64,000 bases of DNA, taken from Anaerolineales bacterium. Lineage in GTDB: Bacteria; Chloroflexota; Anaerolineae; Anaerolineales; Villigracilaceae. Within the stretch, counting starts at the first letter, position 1, and the number at the start of each line of letters is the position of its first letter. Positions 9,517 through 19,084 of this stretch are shown piece by piece. The stretch covers positions 3,634,001-3,698,000 of the forward strand of contig CP129482.1 in assembly GCA_030583925.1 (NCBI GenBank), given 5' to 3'. The notes under the pieces are model-generated. The model had not been told where the DNA came from. It made no database searches and saw nothing but the letters and a program-made list of their open reading frames with translations. The position numbers and the translations under genes are program-made.

Positions 9517-11022
9517 TTAATGTGTGTTTTTAAAATACTCCGCCATCAAATCGGAAATATCTGTCGCAGAATGTTCGCGGAAGACGCGGAAAAAATCTGC
9601 CGACGTGGCGCGCTTGCCCGCGTATTGCGAATAATAATCTTTGAGGAAGGCGAAGAAAATTTCATCGCCCACGCGCTCGCGCAACTTCTGCAAAAAGCGC
9701 GCGCCCGAAAGATAGACCTTGTCCCAATACGGTCTCTGCCCGCCGCCGTCGTAGACTTGCGTATCCACATAGCCCGCATTTTGAAATTCAAAATAACGAT
9801 AGCCCCACCACCACGAAACGAGATCGGGATAAATTGATTCGTAATAGATCACTTCGCTGTACGTGGCAAGCGCCTCATCGAGCCACGGCTCGAGCGCCTG
9901 ATCGTTCGCCACCGCGTCGAACCACCATTGATGCGCGGTCTCGTGCGCGCCGATGGTCACGAGATAATTCGCAGGCGTGTTATCGTACAAATTAAAATAA
10001 TCACGGCTGATGAAATAAAAACCAGAGAACTCCATGCCGTCGTTGAAATCGCCTTGCACGGCGGTCAACGTTTTGTGGCGATACGGTCCAAACTTTTCGG
10101 TGAAGACCTCCAGCGCTTGCGCGGTGGTCTGCAACAACGCCTCGCCCTGCGTATCGTAAAACGAAAAATAATACGCGTAGACTTTCACATCGCCGACGGT
10201 CTGCGTGGCGACTTTGTACACCGTGCTGATGGATAACGCAAACGTGCGCCCCGCTTCCAACTCGAACTTACGGCTGTCCGCAGACCCTGAAGCCACCTCC
10301 GCCCCCGACGCGGCGATCTGCAGCGTCGTCCCATCGGTGAATGAAACGGTCACATCAAAATCAGCGACATCATAGACGAGATGCTCGCCATAGAACCAGG
10401 GGTTGTGCAAGACCCATCCCTCGCCCGATTTGTATGGCACAACGAACGGATACCAATCCACAAAATTGATTTGCCGATCCGAGTATCCATAAATCTGCGG
10501 GCGGACTTCGTTCGGGTTGCTGTACGCCTGCATCTGCGGGAGGATGAGTCCATAACTCATTGTGATGGTGATCGTTCCGCTTGGAGGCAAAGGCTGAGGG
10601 AGAGGGATTTCGAGGCGTTGCGATTGAGGTTCAAGAACGTAATTGGTAATTGGTAATTGGTCAACGGTGAGAGAGCGAAGATCGAATCCGCCGCTCCATA
10701 AATTTGGTTCGACAGCAAGGACGATGCTCGTTAGCGTTTCGCCTGTCCAGTTGGGATAGGTGATTGTCTGATTCACTTCCGCCGCTTTCGCCGAGTAGTT
10801 GAACTGCAAGTCAATCACATACTGCGGACGTTCCAATTCGGGCGTGAGCGTGGGAAATGGAGTCGGAGTCTCGGTGGGAAGCGCGGTTTCGCTCGGTGCG
10901 GCTGTCGGCGAGGGAGGTTGGGTTTCGGTTGGGAGAGGAGGGGGGGATGAGGGAGAACAGGAGATTAAGAGAGAAATGCAAAAAACAGAAACCAGAATGC
11001 GCGGCGCGATGGATTTGGACAT
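9517..11022 (-). CDS. M1-family metallopeptidase lipoprotein, paralog of 7865-9418
   Basis: LISC signal, HETAH-X18-E; shared LTDWYPFVVP/FVDWYPFVVP and GEHLVYD blocks. Confidence 0.8.
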   Translation of the reverse strand: MSKSIAPRILVSVFCISLLISCSPSSPPPLPTETQPPSPTAAPSETALPTETPTPFPTLTPELERPQYVIDLQFNYSAKAAEVNQTITYPNWTGETLTSIVLAVEPNLWSGGFDLRSLTVDQLPITNYVLEPQSQRLEIPLPQPLPPSGTITITMSYGLILPQMQAYSNPNEVRPQIYGYSDRQINFVDWYPFVVPYKSGEGWVLHNPWFYGEHLVYDVADFDVTVSFTDGTTLQIAASGAEVASGSADSRKFELEAGRTFALSISTVYKVATQTVGDVKVYAYYFSFYDTQGEALLQTTAQALEVFTEKFGPYRHKTLTAVQGDFNDGMEFSGFYFISRDYFNLYDNTPANYLVTIGAHETAHQWWFDAVANDQALEPWLDEALATYSEVIYYESIYPDLVSWWWGYRYFEFQNAGYVDTQVYDGGGQRPYWDKVYLSGARFLQKLRERVGDEIFFAFLKDYYSQYAGKRATSADFFRVFREHSATDISDLMAEYFKNTH

Positions 11023-11067
11023 GGGGAGTATTTTAACCGAATTGAGATTTTCCCCTGCTTAACGACA

Positions 11068-11099
11068 AACCCTCCCGCTATGTTTCCACGCGGGAGGGT
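11068..11099 (-). terminator. Probable terminator hairpin
   Basis: ACCCTCCCGC...GCGGGAGGGT stem downstream of the 11117-13222 gene. Confidence 0.5.
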
Positions 11100-11116
11100 G
11101 TTGGTTGAGTACTCTA

Positions 11117-13222
11117 TTATTTTCTGCCACCTTTGCTTTTTTTCTTCCTCTTCTTCGGCTCATTATTCCACAACCAAATCGCCAGCCCAACTCCAAGTAA
11201 GGATAAAACGGCGCCTAAAGGCATATCCCAGGGGCGGTAGCGAAATTTGTAAACATGCTCTCCGGCAGGAGCTTTCGTCGACAGCCAGGGAGACTCAATA
11301 AGCGACACCCTTCTGCCATCCAACCTAACGTTCCACCCAGACCAGGAATTCTCCATGACCATCAATTGACCGGGAGCGTCGGTCTGACAGGTCACATCAA
11401 TATTCCCACCTGTTGCTGTAGCCTCGCAAGGGATCTTCGTTCCGTCAACTTCTACGTATGCATAATAGTTATCGGGAAAACTCAATACATTGACATATTC
11501 GATACGACGGGAATAATGCAGGTCGGAAGTATCTACATCATCGCGCGTGACGTGAATGAAAGACGGCGGTGGCGTTCGATCGCGCCAAGTCCAGTGATTG
11601 TACGCGTTCGTAAGTTTAATATCATTATCCAAGAAAGCGATATGGAAACCCCAATCACCGTAGGGCGGCTCCACCCATTGAACGCCCTCCGGCTTTATCT
11701 GCGATGCGATATCGTAGAACTTCGCATCTTCAGGAACCGTCCAGACTTCAAGCCATGGGCTGACAAAATTGTAGACATCCCGCACTGACCAAATCAGCAA
11801 AAGTACAGTCAACCATGTCAAGTTAACATTGAACGTTCTCCCAGCAGAGAGGTTCAAGGTCAATTTGGGCCACTTCAAATTCAGGATGAGATCCAACCCC
11901 CAGGTGGCAAGCGCCAGGATAAATGGAACTGCCATACCTGAGATCAAAGAGGGGAAGCGCGCCATGGAAAGGATCGCTTCTGAGGCGGGAATCAGATTGA
12001 TCAACCACCGAATTGTTACAGCGCTACTCAAACCATAGATTAAAATGATGGATAGCCAGAAAAAGGCGACGATCCGCAGTTTGGAACGCGGAATCAACCG
12101 CCACGAGATTAACGCCAACAGCACCGGTATCCAGCCGATGTAATTGACCGTCATTCCGGGCCAGGGGGGTTTTCCTAAATACTCGGATTGGTAAAAGGGA
12201 TAGTCGTTTATAACCAGATTGAGGGGCTGATAGCCCATAGCCTGGACATCGCCAGGCTCGATCCCGGTTGGCTTTGAGATCTGGGAATAGATATGAAAAA
12301 AAGGAATCCACAGCACAGCGGAAATTAAAATTGCAACTCCAGCCGCCCACGCAAACTCCCTCCAGACTGGGCGAAACTTGAAGTTCTTGTCAAGTAATAG
12401 GATGAGAAGCGCTGGACACACACCAAGCAGAAATCCAAGTTGCAGATACCCCTGTCCGGAGAGAAATGCCAAGCCCGCAAGAACACCCAATCCAACTGCT
12501 ACGCGTCTTTTGCCTGTTTCAGCCAGGTGGAGAGAGGCGGCTACGACTAGGCTAAATGAAGCAGTCGAAAATGCCACCTCGACCAAGCCGCCCTCAAAAC
12601 GACCTACCAAATATCCACCCACAACCGCCAAACATGCACTCCAGATGCGAGGGATTAAGCCCAGCCTTAATACTTTACTCCAATACCATTGTGCCAATCC
12701 AGCCAGAATCAAAGTGGAAACTGCGAGCAGTTTAGATCCGTTGATCGCTCCCGCAAGCAATACCAGCAGTATCGCAAACGGATGAGCCATGGGCGCCAAA
12801 ATATCCGTAAACAGAGGCGCTCCGCCGTTGAACGAGCCGTCCCAAAACACACATGCGCCGCATTGACTCAATCGTTCCCAGGCAAAATAACTCTGCACAT
12901 TCAGCTGCCAGTCGACGGGCAGCCACTGAGTGGTGTTGTTGAGTAGAAAGTTCCGCCCAAGCCAAAGCGCCCAAAGAATGATAACCGCCCATTCCGCAGC
13001 GACCGCCAGCCAGCCACGGACTTTAATCCATTCAGATTGCTGGAATTCCGTTTGGATGTTACGACGATATTTCAGCCGGGTCAGAATATGGGAGTAGTAC
13101 CCGAATATTCGCACCTGCGGAGAAGACACAACGGGCTGCCATAGCATTCCTCTGATTTTTAGAGCAAAAATAGTCGTCAGAAAAATTATGATAAAAACGA
13201 AAAACAACCCTAACAGTGACAT
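11117..13222 (-). CDS. Polytopic membrane protein with YfhO-like C-terminus
   Basis: Many TM segments; C-terminal ENSWSGWNVRLDG...PAGEHVYKFRYRP resembles the YfhO family. Confidence 0.6.
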   Translation of the reverse strand: MSLLGLFFVFIIIFLTTIFALKIRGMLWQPVVSSPQVRIFGYYSHILTRLKYRRNIQTEFQQSEWIKVRGWLAVAAEWAVIILWALWLGRNFLLNNTTQWLPVDWQLNVQSYFAWERLSQCGACVFWDGSFNGGAPLFTDILAPMAHPFAILLVLLAGAINGSKLLAVSTLILAGLAQWYWSKVLRLGLIPRIWSACLAVVGGYLVGRFEGGLVEVAFSTASFSLVVAASLHLAETGKRRVAVGLGVLAGLAFLSGQGYLQLGFLLGVCPALLILLLDKNFKFRPVWREFAWAAGVAILISAVLWIPFFHIYSQISKPTGIEPGDVQAMGYQPLNLVINDYPFYQSEYLGKPPWPGMTVNYIGWIPVLLALISWRLIPRSKLRIVAFFWLSIILIYGLSSAVTIRWLINLIPASEAILSMARFPSLISGMAVPFILALATWGLDLILNLKWPKLTLNLSAGRTFNVNLTWLTVLLLIWSVRDVYNFVSPWLEVWTVPEDAKFYDIASQIKPEGVQWVEPPYGDWGFHIAFLDNDIKLTNAYNHWTWRDRTPPPSFIHVTRDDVDTSDLHYSRRIEYVNVLSFPDNYYAYVEVDGTKIPCEATATGGNIDVTCQTDAPGQLMVMENSWSGWNVRLDGRRVSLIESPWLSTKAPAGEHVYKFRYRPWDMPLGAVLSLLGVGLAIWLWNNEPKKRKKKSKGGRK

Positions 13223-13426
13223 ATATTCTCCTTCCAGCCAACTGAAAAATATCAGAGTTGGACCGGCGCGATCCTATGTTTTGCAATCATAAGCAACTCG
13301 GTTGCTGCTTAAGTTTAGTCTGATTCTTTTGTTTGGAGCGTCCTAAAACAATTCTGTAAGGTTTGCTGTTCCTCGATCAACGCCTTCATTACGCCGAGCG
13401 TGGCAAAACGGGAAGCAACCGATAAA

Positions 13427-14266
13427 TTATATCGTTTTTATCTTCCTTCCCCCAAACGCGACCACGAAGAAAAACGTTGCTACCAGCACAATCGCCGCTC
13501 CCGACGCAATACTCAAATAATACGAAAGATACAAGCCGATAACTCCCGATAACGAAGCAAAGATCGCCGCGAGAAGCATCATCCTCGGCAGGCGGTTCGT
13601 GAGCAGGTATGCGGTCGCGGCGGGGGTGACGAGCATGGCAACCATGAGCGCCACGCCGACTGTTTGAAGCGAGACCGCGACCGTGACGGCGATCAACACG
13701 AGCAACAAGTTATTGAGCAAGTCCACGGGGAGGCGGAGCGTGGCGGCAAGGATGGGGTCAAAGGAGAGCGTGGTGAATTCCTTGTAGAAGGCGAAGATGA
13801 TGAAGAGGACGATTCCGCCGAAGAGAAGAATCAGCCACAAACTTTGAATCGAAACAGACAGCACATCCCCAAAGAGGAAGTGACTCAGGTCCACGGCGTA
13901 ACTGCGGACGGTGGAGATGAGTGCAATTCCCAGCGCGAACATGCCCGCGAAGATAATCCCGATGGCAGTGTCTTCCTTGATCTGGGAATTTTTGCTGATC
14001 GCGCCGATGCCCAGCGAGGCGATAATGGCTGTGCCAAGCGCCCACCAAAATAACTCGTTGCGCGCGCCGCCACTGACGAGATAACCGAGGGCGATGCCAG
14101 GCAGAATCGTGTGTGCGAGCGCGTCGCCGAAGAACGCCATGCCGCGCAAGACGACGAAGGTTCCAACAATTGCACAAACAATTCCAACAAGAACTGCAGC
14201 GATCATGCCTCTTTGCATAAATTCATATTGAAGCGGTTCAAGCAAGAAATTAATGAGTGTGGTCAT
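13427..14266 (-). CDS. Zn/Mn ABC transporter permease (ZnuB/MntB-like)
   Basis: VVLRGMAFFGDALAHTILPG and TVGVALMVAMLVTPA; start placed at MTTLINF. Confidence 0.9.
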   Translation of the reverse strand: MTTLINFLLEPLQYEFMQRGMIAAVLVGIVCAIVGTFVVLRGMAFFGDALAHTILPGIALGYLVSGGARNELFWWALGTAIIASLGIGAISKNSQIKEDTAIGIIFAGMFALGIALISTVRSYAVDLSHFLFGDVLSVSIQSLWLILLFGGIVLFIIFAFYKEFTTLSFDPILAATLRLPVDLLNNLLLVLIAVTVAVSLQTVGVALMVAMLVTPAATAYLLTNRLPRMMLLAAIFASLSGVIGLYLSYYLSIASGAAIVLVATFFFVVAFGGRKIKTI

Positions 14267-15059
14267 GTTCCCCATCGTTACAGCAATCATCAACAGTCAA
14301 AACATTTCCGTTTTCGGTGGAGCGTAATCGTCCGCCATAGGCTTGCAAAAGTTTTTCGGTTTGCAAAACCTGATTTGGTTCGCCAAAGGCCACCATGCGA
14401 TGATTGAGCAACATAATTCTATCGAAATGACTCGCGGCTTGCTCCAAATCATGCGTAGCGACCATCACCGTGACTTTTTCCGCTTTGAGGCGATCAAGCA
14501 ATTCGAGGATACCTTCCTGCGAGGGGGTATCCAGCCCGGTCAGCGGCTCATCCATTAACATCAGTTCGGCTTCCTGCGCGAGGGCGCGGGCGATGAACAT
14601 ACGTTGTTGCTGTCCACCAGATAACTGACCGATCTGCCGCGCGGCGAGGTCGCTCATCTCGACGGTTTCGAGCGCGTGACGGACGAACTCCCAATCTTTT
14701 TTATGGGGCCAGTTGAACGGACCGAGCTTCGCCGAACGCCCCATCATCACCACGTCGGCAACCGAGACGGGAAATTTCCAATCCACTTGCGCGCGTTGCG
14801 GAATGTAGCCAATGCACACGTGCTTATTCGGGCGTGAGCCGAAGATATTCACCTCGCCCGACGACGGTTGCAAAACGCCAGCCACAACCTTGAATAAGGT
14901 GCTCTTCCCCGCGCCGTTTGGTCCGACGACCGCGATACGCTCGCCTTCGTGTAAATGGAAAGTTATGCCCTCGAGCGCGTTCATCCCGTTGTAGCGGACG
15001 GTGAGACGCGCAACATCGAGGATGGGCTGATTGGTTTCGTGATGGGTGTGAGAGTACAT
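14250..15059 (-). CDS. Zn/Mn ABC transporter ATPase
   Basis: GPNGAGKST Walker A, LSGGQQQR signature, MDEP Walker B. Confidence 0.9.
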   Translation of the reverse strand: MYSHTHHETNQPILDVARLTVRYNGMNALEGITFHLHEGERIAVVGPNGAGKSTLFKVVAGVLQPSSGEVNIFGSRPNKHVCIGYIPQRAQVDWKFPVSVADVVMMGRSAKLGPFNWPHKKDWEFVRHALETVEMSDLAARQIGQLSGGQQQRMFIARALAQEAELMLMDEPLTGLDTPSQEGILELLDRLKAEKVTVMVATHDLEQAASHFDRIMLLNHRMVAFGEPNQVLQTEKLLQAYGGRLRSTENGNVLTVDDCCNDGEHDHTH

Positions 15060-15077
15060 GGTATTGAAGGTTGCGCG

Positions 15078-15172
15078 CTTCGACTACGCTCTTTACAAGA
15101 GCATGGTATCGTCCTGAGCGGAGTGAGGAGCGATCTTTGCGACGAACGCAGACGAAGGACGCTCCGCTCAGC
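15078..15172. repeat. REP-like palindromic unit (GTCCTGAGCGGAG...GAAGGAC family)
   Basis: cgtcctgagcggag...cagacgaaggacg; related sequences near 38760, 45583 and 52464. Confidence 0.55.
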
Positions 15173-15180
15173 GCGAGAGA

Positions 15181-16131
15181 TTATTTCAACGCGTCAACGA
15201 TCGCCGTCACGTTGGATTTCATCATTTCGATATACGTCGCGGCAGGCGCGCCGTCGGTCAGTGATTCAAGATGCAAATCGGTCACAACTCTTACGCCAGT
15301 TTCGTCGGCGATTTGTTGCGCCAGCGTTGGGTTATCGCTTGCATCCAAAAAGATCGCAGGCGCGCCGCTGGCTTTGATTTGGTCAATTAACGCCGCCATT
15401 TGTTGGGCAGACGGCGACGCGTCGGCGCTGAAACTTGGCAAGACATTGCCGACAACCGTAAAACCGTATCGTTTTGCAAAATAGCCAAGCGCTTCATGGT
15501 TGGTGACGAGCAATCGTTTTTCAGGCGGGATTTGATTCACTTGCTCGACGATCCACGCGTCGAGCGCCTGCAACTCAGCCACATACGCGTCGGCGTTGGC
15601 TTTGTACACCGCCGCGCCGTCGGGGTCGAGATGCGTTAGCCCTTCGCGGATGTTTTCCACGCAGACGATCACGTTGTTCGGGTCGAGCCAGATGTGCGGA
15701 TCAAAGCCGCCCAAAGCAGGGTCAAGCCGTTTGTTCACGCCCGTCGAAGCATACACAAATTCCATGTGTCCGTTGGCGGCTTGGAGCATTGGTTCGAGAA
15801 AAAGTTCGTACTTATCATCGAACAGGATTAACAACTCGACATCGGCGACCTTCGCCACGTCTTGCGGAGTGTACTGATACGAATGCGGGTCCGCGCCGAC
15901 GGGGAGGACTGACCCAATGTGGACGCGTTCGCCCGCCACGTTTTGCGCGATATCCGCCAGAAGCGTGGTGGAAGCCATCACTTCAAATTGGGGAGCAGAT
16001 TCTGATTGGGTGGGCTGGGGCGGCGCGTTGGTCGAAGTCGGCGAGACAGCCGCAATTGTGGGCGAAGCGGTTCGTCCTCCGCAAGCGGTTAAAAAGAGGA
16101 GGAGAAAAAAACTGACGAGGCGTTGTTTCAT
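15181..16131 (-). CDS. Zn/Mn ABC transporter substrate-binding lipoprotein
   Basis: LTAC lipobox, ADPHSY, DPHIWLDP and TNHEALGYF metal-ligand motifs. Confidence 0.9.
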   Translation of the reverse strand: MKQRLVSFFLLLFLTACGGRTASPTIAAVSPTSTNAPPQPTQSESAPQFEVMASTTLLADIAQNVAGERVHIGSVLPVGADPHSYQYTPQDVAKVADVELLILFDDKYELFLEPMLQAANGHMEFVYASTGVNKRLDPALGGFDPHIWLDPNNVIVCVENIREGLTHLDPDGAAVYKANADAYVAELQALDAWIVEQVNQIPPEKRLLVTNHEALGYFAKRYGFTVVGNVLPSFSADASPSAQQMAALIDQIKASGAPAIFLDASDNPTLAQQIADETGVRVVTDLHLESLTDGAPAATYIEMMKSNVTAIVDALK

Positions 16132-16686
16132 CTAAGAGGAGGTCTCCAATTCAACGGTTTCACTCGGCAAGAATTCTTTTTTGAGCAGGAAATACGCGCC
16201 GCTGAAATATTCGTCGACACTGCCGACCATCAGCGAGCCGCGCATGGGGAGGATGTTCACCACTTCCCAGCCTTCGAGCCCGAACTCGTCGAGCGCGTGG
16301 ACTTCAAAACCTTTGCCGAACGGATCGTCCGCCATCAACGCGTGCGCGGACAAGCGAACCATTTTGTAGCGATAGACCTTGCCGCCCTTTTGCAAACGCT
16401 TCTGCGCGGACACGAGCCGCGCGCGATGTTCCTGTTCGCGTTCCGATTCGATCTCGCGCTTCATCCTTGCCAATTCAGGCGAAGCGAGAATCTCTTTCGC
16501 CACTTCGATCATTTCATCGTCGTCGCCCATCGTCACCATGATGAGAAATTCATAGCCGCGCCGGTCGTTCAGTTCGACGAGTCCTTCCGCCGCTTCGAGA
16601 CGGGTCAACCATTCGCCGTCTTCGGTCATCAGTTCGTAGAGGCTCTCGCGGTCGCGCATTTTTACAAGTTCATCAATCTGAGTCAT
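16132..16686 (-). CDS. Hypothetical protein (HEAT-like N-terminus, DUF4177-like C-terminus)
   Basis: YRYKMV...LDEFGLEGWEVVNI resembles DUF4177; GGAGG upstream. Confidence 0.55.
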   Translation of the reverse strand: MTQIDELVKMRDRESLYELMTEDGEWLTRLEAAEGLVELNDRRGYEFLIMVTMGDDDEMIEVAKEILASPELARMKREIESEREQEHRARLVSAQKRLQKGGKVYRYKMVRLSAHALMADDPFGKGFEVHALDEFGLEGWEVVNILPMRGSLMVGSVDEYFSGAYFLLKKEFLPSETVELETSS

Positions 16687-16733
16687 TTTGTCCTCCAGAA
16701 TTCAATAACAATATTGTATCATCCGAAAATAAA

Positions 16734-16758
16734 ACAGCCTCGGATGTCTCGAGGCTGT
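16734..16758 (-). terminator. Intrinsic terminator
   Basis: ACAGCCTCG-7nt-CGAGGCTGT followed on the minus strand by TTTATTTT. Confidence 0.7.
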
Positions 16759-16764
16759 GACTTT

Positions 16765-16917
16765 TTAGCGTGCGCCGCTGGTGAGGATGATGTAAACGAC
16801 CAAGGCGGCGATGACCACGATGAGAATTTGCACTTCGGGTCGCATCCGCCAGCGACGCCCCTCATCCGAATTGTAGTGACGTCGGCGACGGCGACGCTCC
16901 CGATAGCGTTGATACAT
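16765..16917 (-). CDS. Small Arg-rich single-TM protein, 50 aa
   Basis: MYQRYRERRRRRRHYNSDEGRRWRMRPEVQILIVVIAALVVYIILTSGAR*; AGGAG SD upstream and terminator downstream; not in the ORF track. Confidence 0.7.
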   Translation of the reverse strand: MYQRYRERRRRRRHYNSDEGRRWRMRPEVQILIVVIAALVVYIILTSGAR

Positions 16918-17048
16918 GGCTGCTCCTGTTTACCTGATGATGTTATGAGGGTGCGTCGCACTTTCGCAAACAGGACGAATTCTTACGTAGATTCATCCAC
17001 TATGGCTGACACATCTACCTGCGTGGCGCGACGCACTGCGTAAAGGAA

Positions 17049-18332
17049 TTACCTGAAATTAAACTCTTCGAAGTGAATGTTTTCGCTCGGCACACCGAGG
17101 TCGAGGAACTTCTTCTCGAACGCTTGCACCATGGGGAGCGGACCGCACATGTAAATGTGATGCCCGCGCACGTCGCCGCCCGCGTTCTTGGCGATCTCCT
17201 CGACGGTCAGCGAGCCGCCGATCGCCGAGTAGCGGATGTTCACTTTTAGGCGCGGGTTGCGTATCCCGGCGGTCTCGATCTCGTCGTAGAATAAGACTTC
17301 GTCCCTGTGGCGCATGGTGTAATAAAAATCCACATCGCGGTCGAGCGTTTCGCGCAGGTCGCGGATAAAGGAAAGGAACGGCGTGACGCCGATGCCGCCC
17401 GCGATCCAGATCTGTTTTTGTCCGCCGGTCTTGTAATCGAACATGCCGTGCGCGCCTTCGACGATCGCCTCGGCACCGGGTTTCAACTCGTTGAACAAGG
17501 CACGCGTGAAATCTCCGCTGGCTTTGATGGTCAGCCGCAACACGTCTTCGTGCGGCGCGCTCGAAATGGTGAAGGGATGCGACTCGTTCAAGTTCTTCTC
17601 GCTTGGGAAGCGCACGAACAGGAATTGCCCCGCCCGGTGTTTGGCGAGGGGAGTCCCTTTGGCGCGCATCACAACTTCGGTAGTGAAATTGGTCGGATGG
17701 TTGACCTGCTCCACCGTGTACGGAATATGCTTGTTGAAAAACCGCCCAAACAGTTCGGTATACAAATACGAGACCGCGCCGATGATGAAAAAGATCTGCA
17801 CGTAATTGATGGCGATGAACGCATCGAGCGGTCTGCTGATCGTCAGCGAGTGGATGAAGGCTAGGATAAAAAAGAGTCCAACGTATTTTTTGAGATTCTT
17901 CCAGCCCTCATACGTGCCGCCGGTGATGCGGTTCAAAAACGGGATGCGCGGCGACAGACTGATCAGCGCGATCGAGACGATCCCCGTGAAAGCGATCACC
18001 GCCAGATAATTTCCCAACGCCCAACCGCTCAACGAGATAGGCACGGTCAGCACATGGACGAAGATCAACAACAGCGCCGCAGTGGAGGTGTGACGGTGAG
18101 TCATATACATTTTGTCGAGTCCGCCGAAATACGGCTCCGCCCATTTGGGTCGCGCGGCAAGCGTCAGCGAACACGCCATCAGCACAATGTTGATCGAACC
18201 GATGATCTCGCCCGCGTACTGGCGGACGAATTTTTCCCGCCCATCGTTCACCGGCGGAAAGACCAACCAGACAACAATTGTGAGAAAAACCAGAAAGACG
18301 ATGAAAAGATTGCCGAGATTACTGCGCTTCAT
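17049..18332 (-). CDS. Ferric-reductase-like transmembrane FAD/NAD(P) oxidoreductase
   Basis: TM His pairs (HRH, HVL, HSL), HPFTISSAP, WIAGGIGVTPF, YMCGP...HFEEF; start at MKRSN with SD. Confidence 0.85.
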   Translation of the reverse strand: MKRSNLGNLFIVFLVFLTIVVWLVFPPVNDGREKFVRQYAGEIIGSINIVLMACSLTLAARPKWAEPYFGGLDKMYMTHRHTSTAALLLIFVHVLTVPISLSGWALGNYLAVIAFTGIVSIALISLSPRIPFLNRITGGTYEGWKNLKKYVGLFFILAFIHSLTISRPLDAFIAINYVQIFFIIGAVSYLYTELFGRFFNKHIPYTVEQVNHPTNFTTEVVMRAKGTPLAKHRAGQFLFVRFPSEKNLNESHPFTISSAPHEDVLRLTIKASGDFTRALFNELKPGAEAIVEGAHGMFDYKTGGQKQIWIAGGIGVTPFLSFIRDLRETLDRDVDFYYTMRHRDEVLFYDEIETAGIRNPRLKVNIRYSAIGGSLTVEEIAKNAGGDVRGHHIYMCGPLPMVQAFEKKFLDLGVPSENIHFEEFNFR

Positions 18333-18346
18333 ACGCACTCCTCGAA

Positions 18347-18547
18347 TCACAACTTGATGATCCCAAACCCGAACAACGCGGCAAACGCCGCTTGAACCGC
18401 CACCCAAATCCAGAATTGGATTGGCTTCTCGCTCCGTGAAACCGAACGCTTGCGGCTGTGCGTCGCGCCATAGCGCATGGGGATTGTTCCCGTAACTAAC
18501 TCGTATACGATCAAGCCTGCCAAGATTATTGCAATGAACAGGTTCAT
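18347..18547 (-). CDS. Small two-TM hypothetical protein
   Basis: 66-aa ORF with two hydrophobic helices, codirectional with neighbours. Confidence 0.55.
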   Translation of the reverse strand: MNLFIAIILAGLIVYELVTGTIPMRYGATHSRKRSVSRSEKPIQFWIWVAVQAAFAALFGFGIIKL

Positions 18548-18613
18548 CGAAGGCTCCGTTATTTCAAGTTAAATCAAAAGCGACGTGGAACAACTCCTGC
18601 GTCGCTTCTTCGG

Positions 18614-19024
18614 TTAAAACGAGTTCAACGCGTCGTCGAGGCTCGAATGGATTTCGAAAGCGCGGTCGAAGCCGACCATCTCCAGCACACTTTTGATCTG
18701 CTCGCTCGGATTCAACAACTTGACATGCTGCTGTTTACCGGCATCCGCGGTCTTCCCCAGCGAACGATACACCGACCAGCCCTGCTCCGTATCCGGCTCC
18801 TGCTCGCCGCGCGCCAGCAAAGCAACGCTATGGACCGCCACCAACCCAGCGCTGCTGATGTACGTCAAGTCGCTCATATCCAGCAAAAAGTTGCGCGCGC
18901 CGGAGGCATACAATTCCTTTGCCCGATCCATCAACTGCTGATACGTCTGCCCATCGAGTTCCCCGTTCAACTTAATGACAGTCACTTCCACGCTACCCAT
19001 TTGTTTCGATACAGAGATGTCCAT
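18614..19024 (-). CDS. STAS-domain protein (anti-sigma factor antagonist)
   Basis: LNGELD...LLDMSDLTYISSAGL phospho-Ser motif; VLEMVGFD. Confidence 0.9.
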   Translation of the reverse strand: MDISVSKQMGSVEVTVIKLNGELDGQTYQQLMDRAKELYASGARNFLLDMSDLTYISSAGLVAVHSVALLARGEQEPDTEQGWSVYRSLGKTADAGKQQHVKLLNPSEQIKSVLEMVGFDRAFEIHSSLDDALNSF

Positions 19025-19084
19025 TGTTCCTCCTCACGCTATGTTCGCGCAAGATACCCGCTTGCGCCATGTCAACGACCCTTA

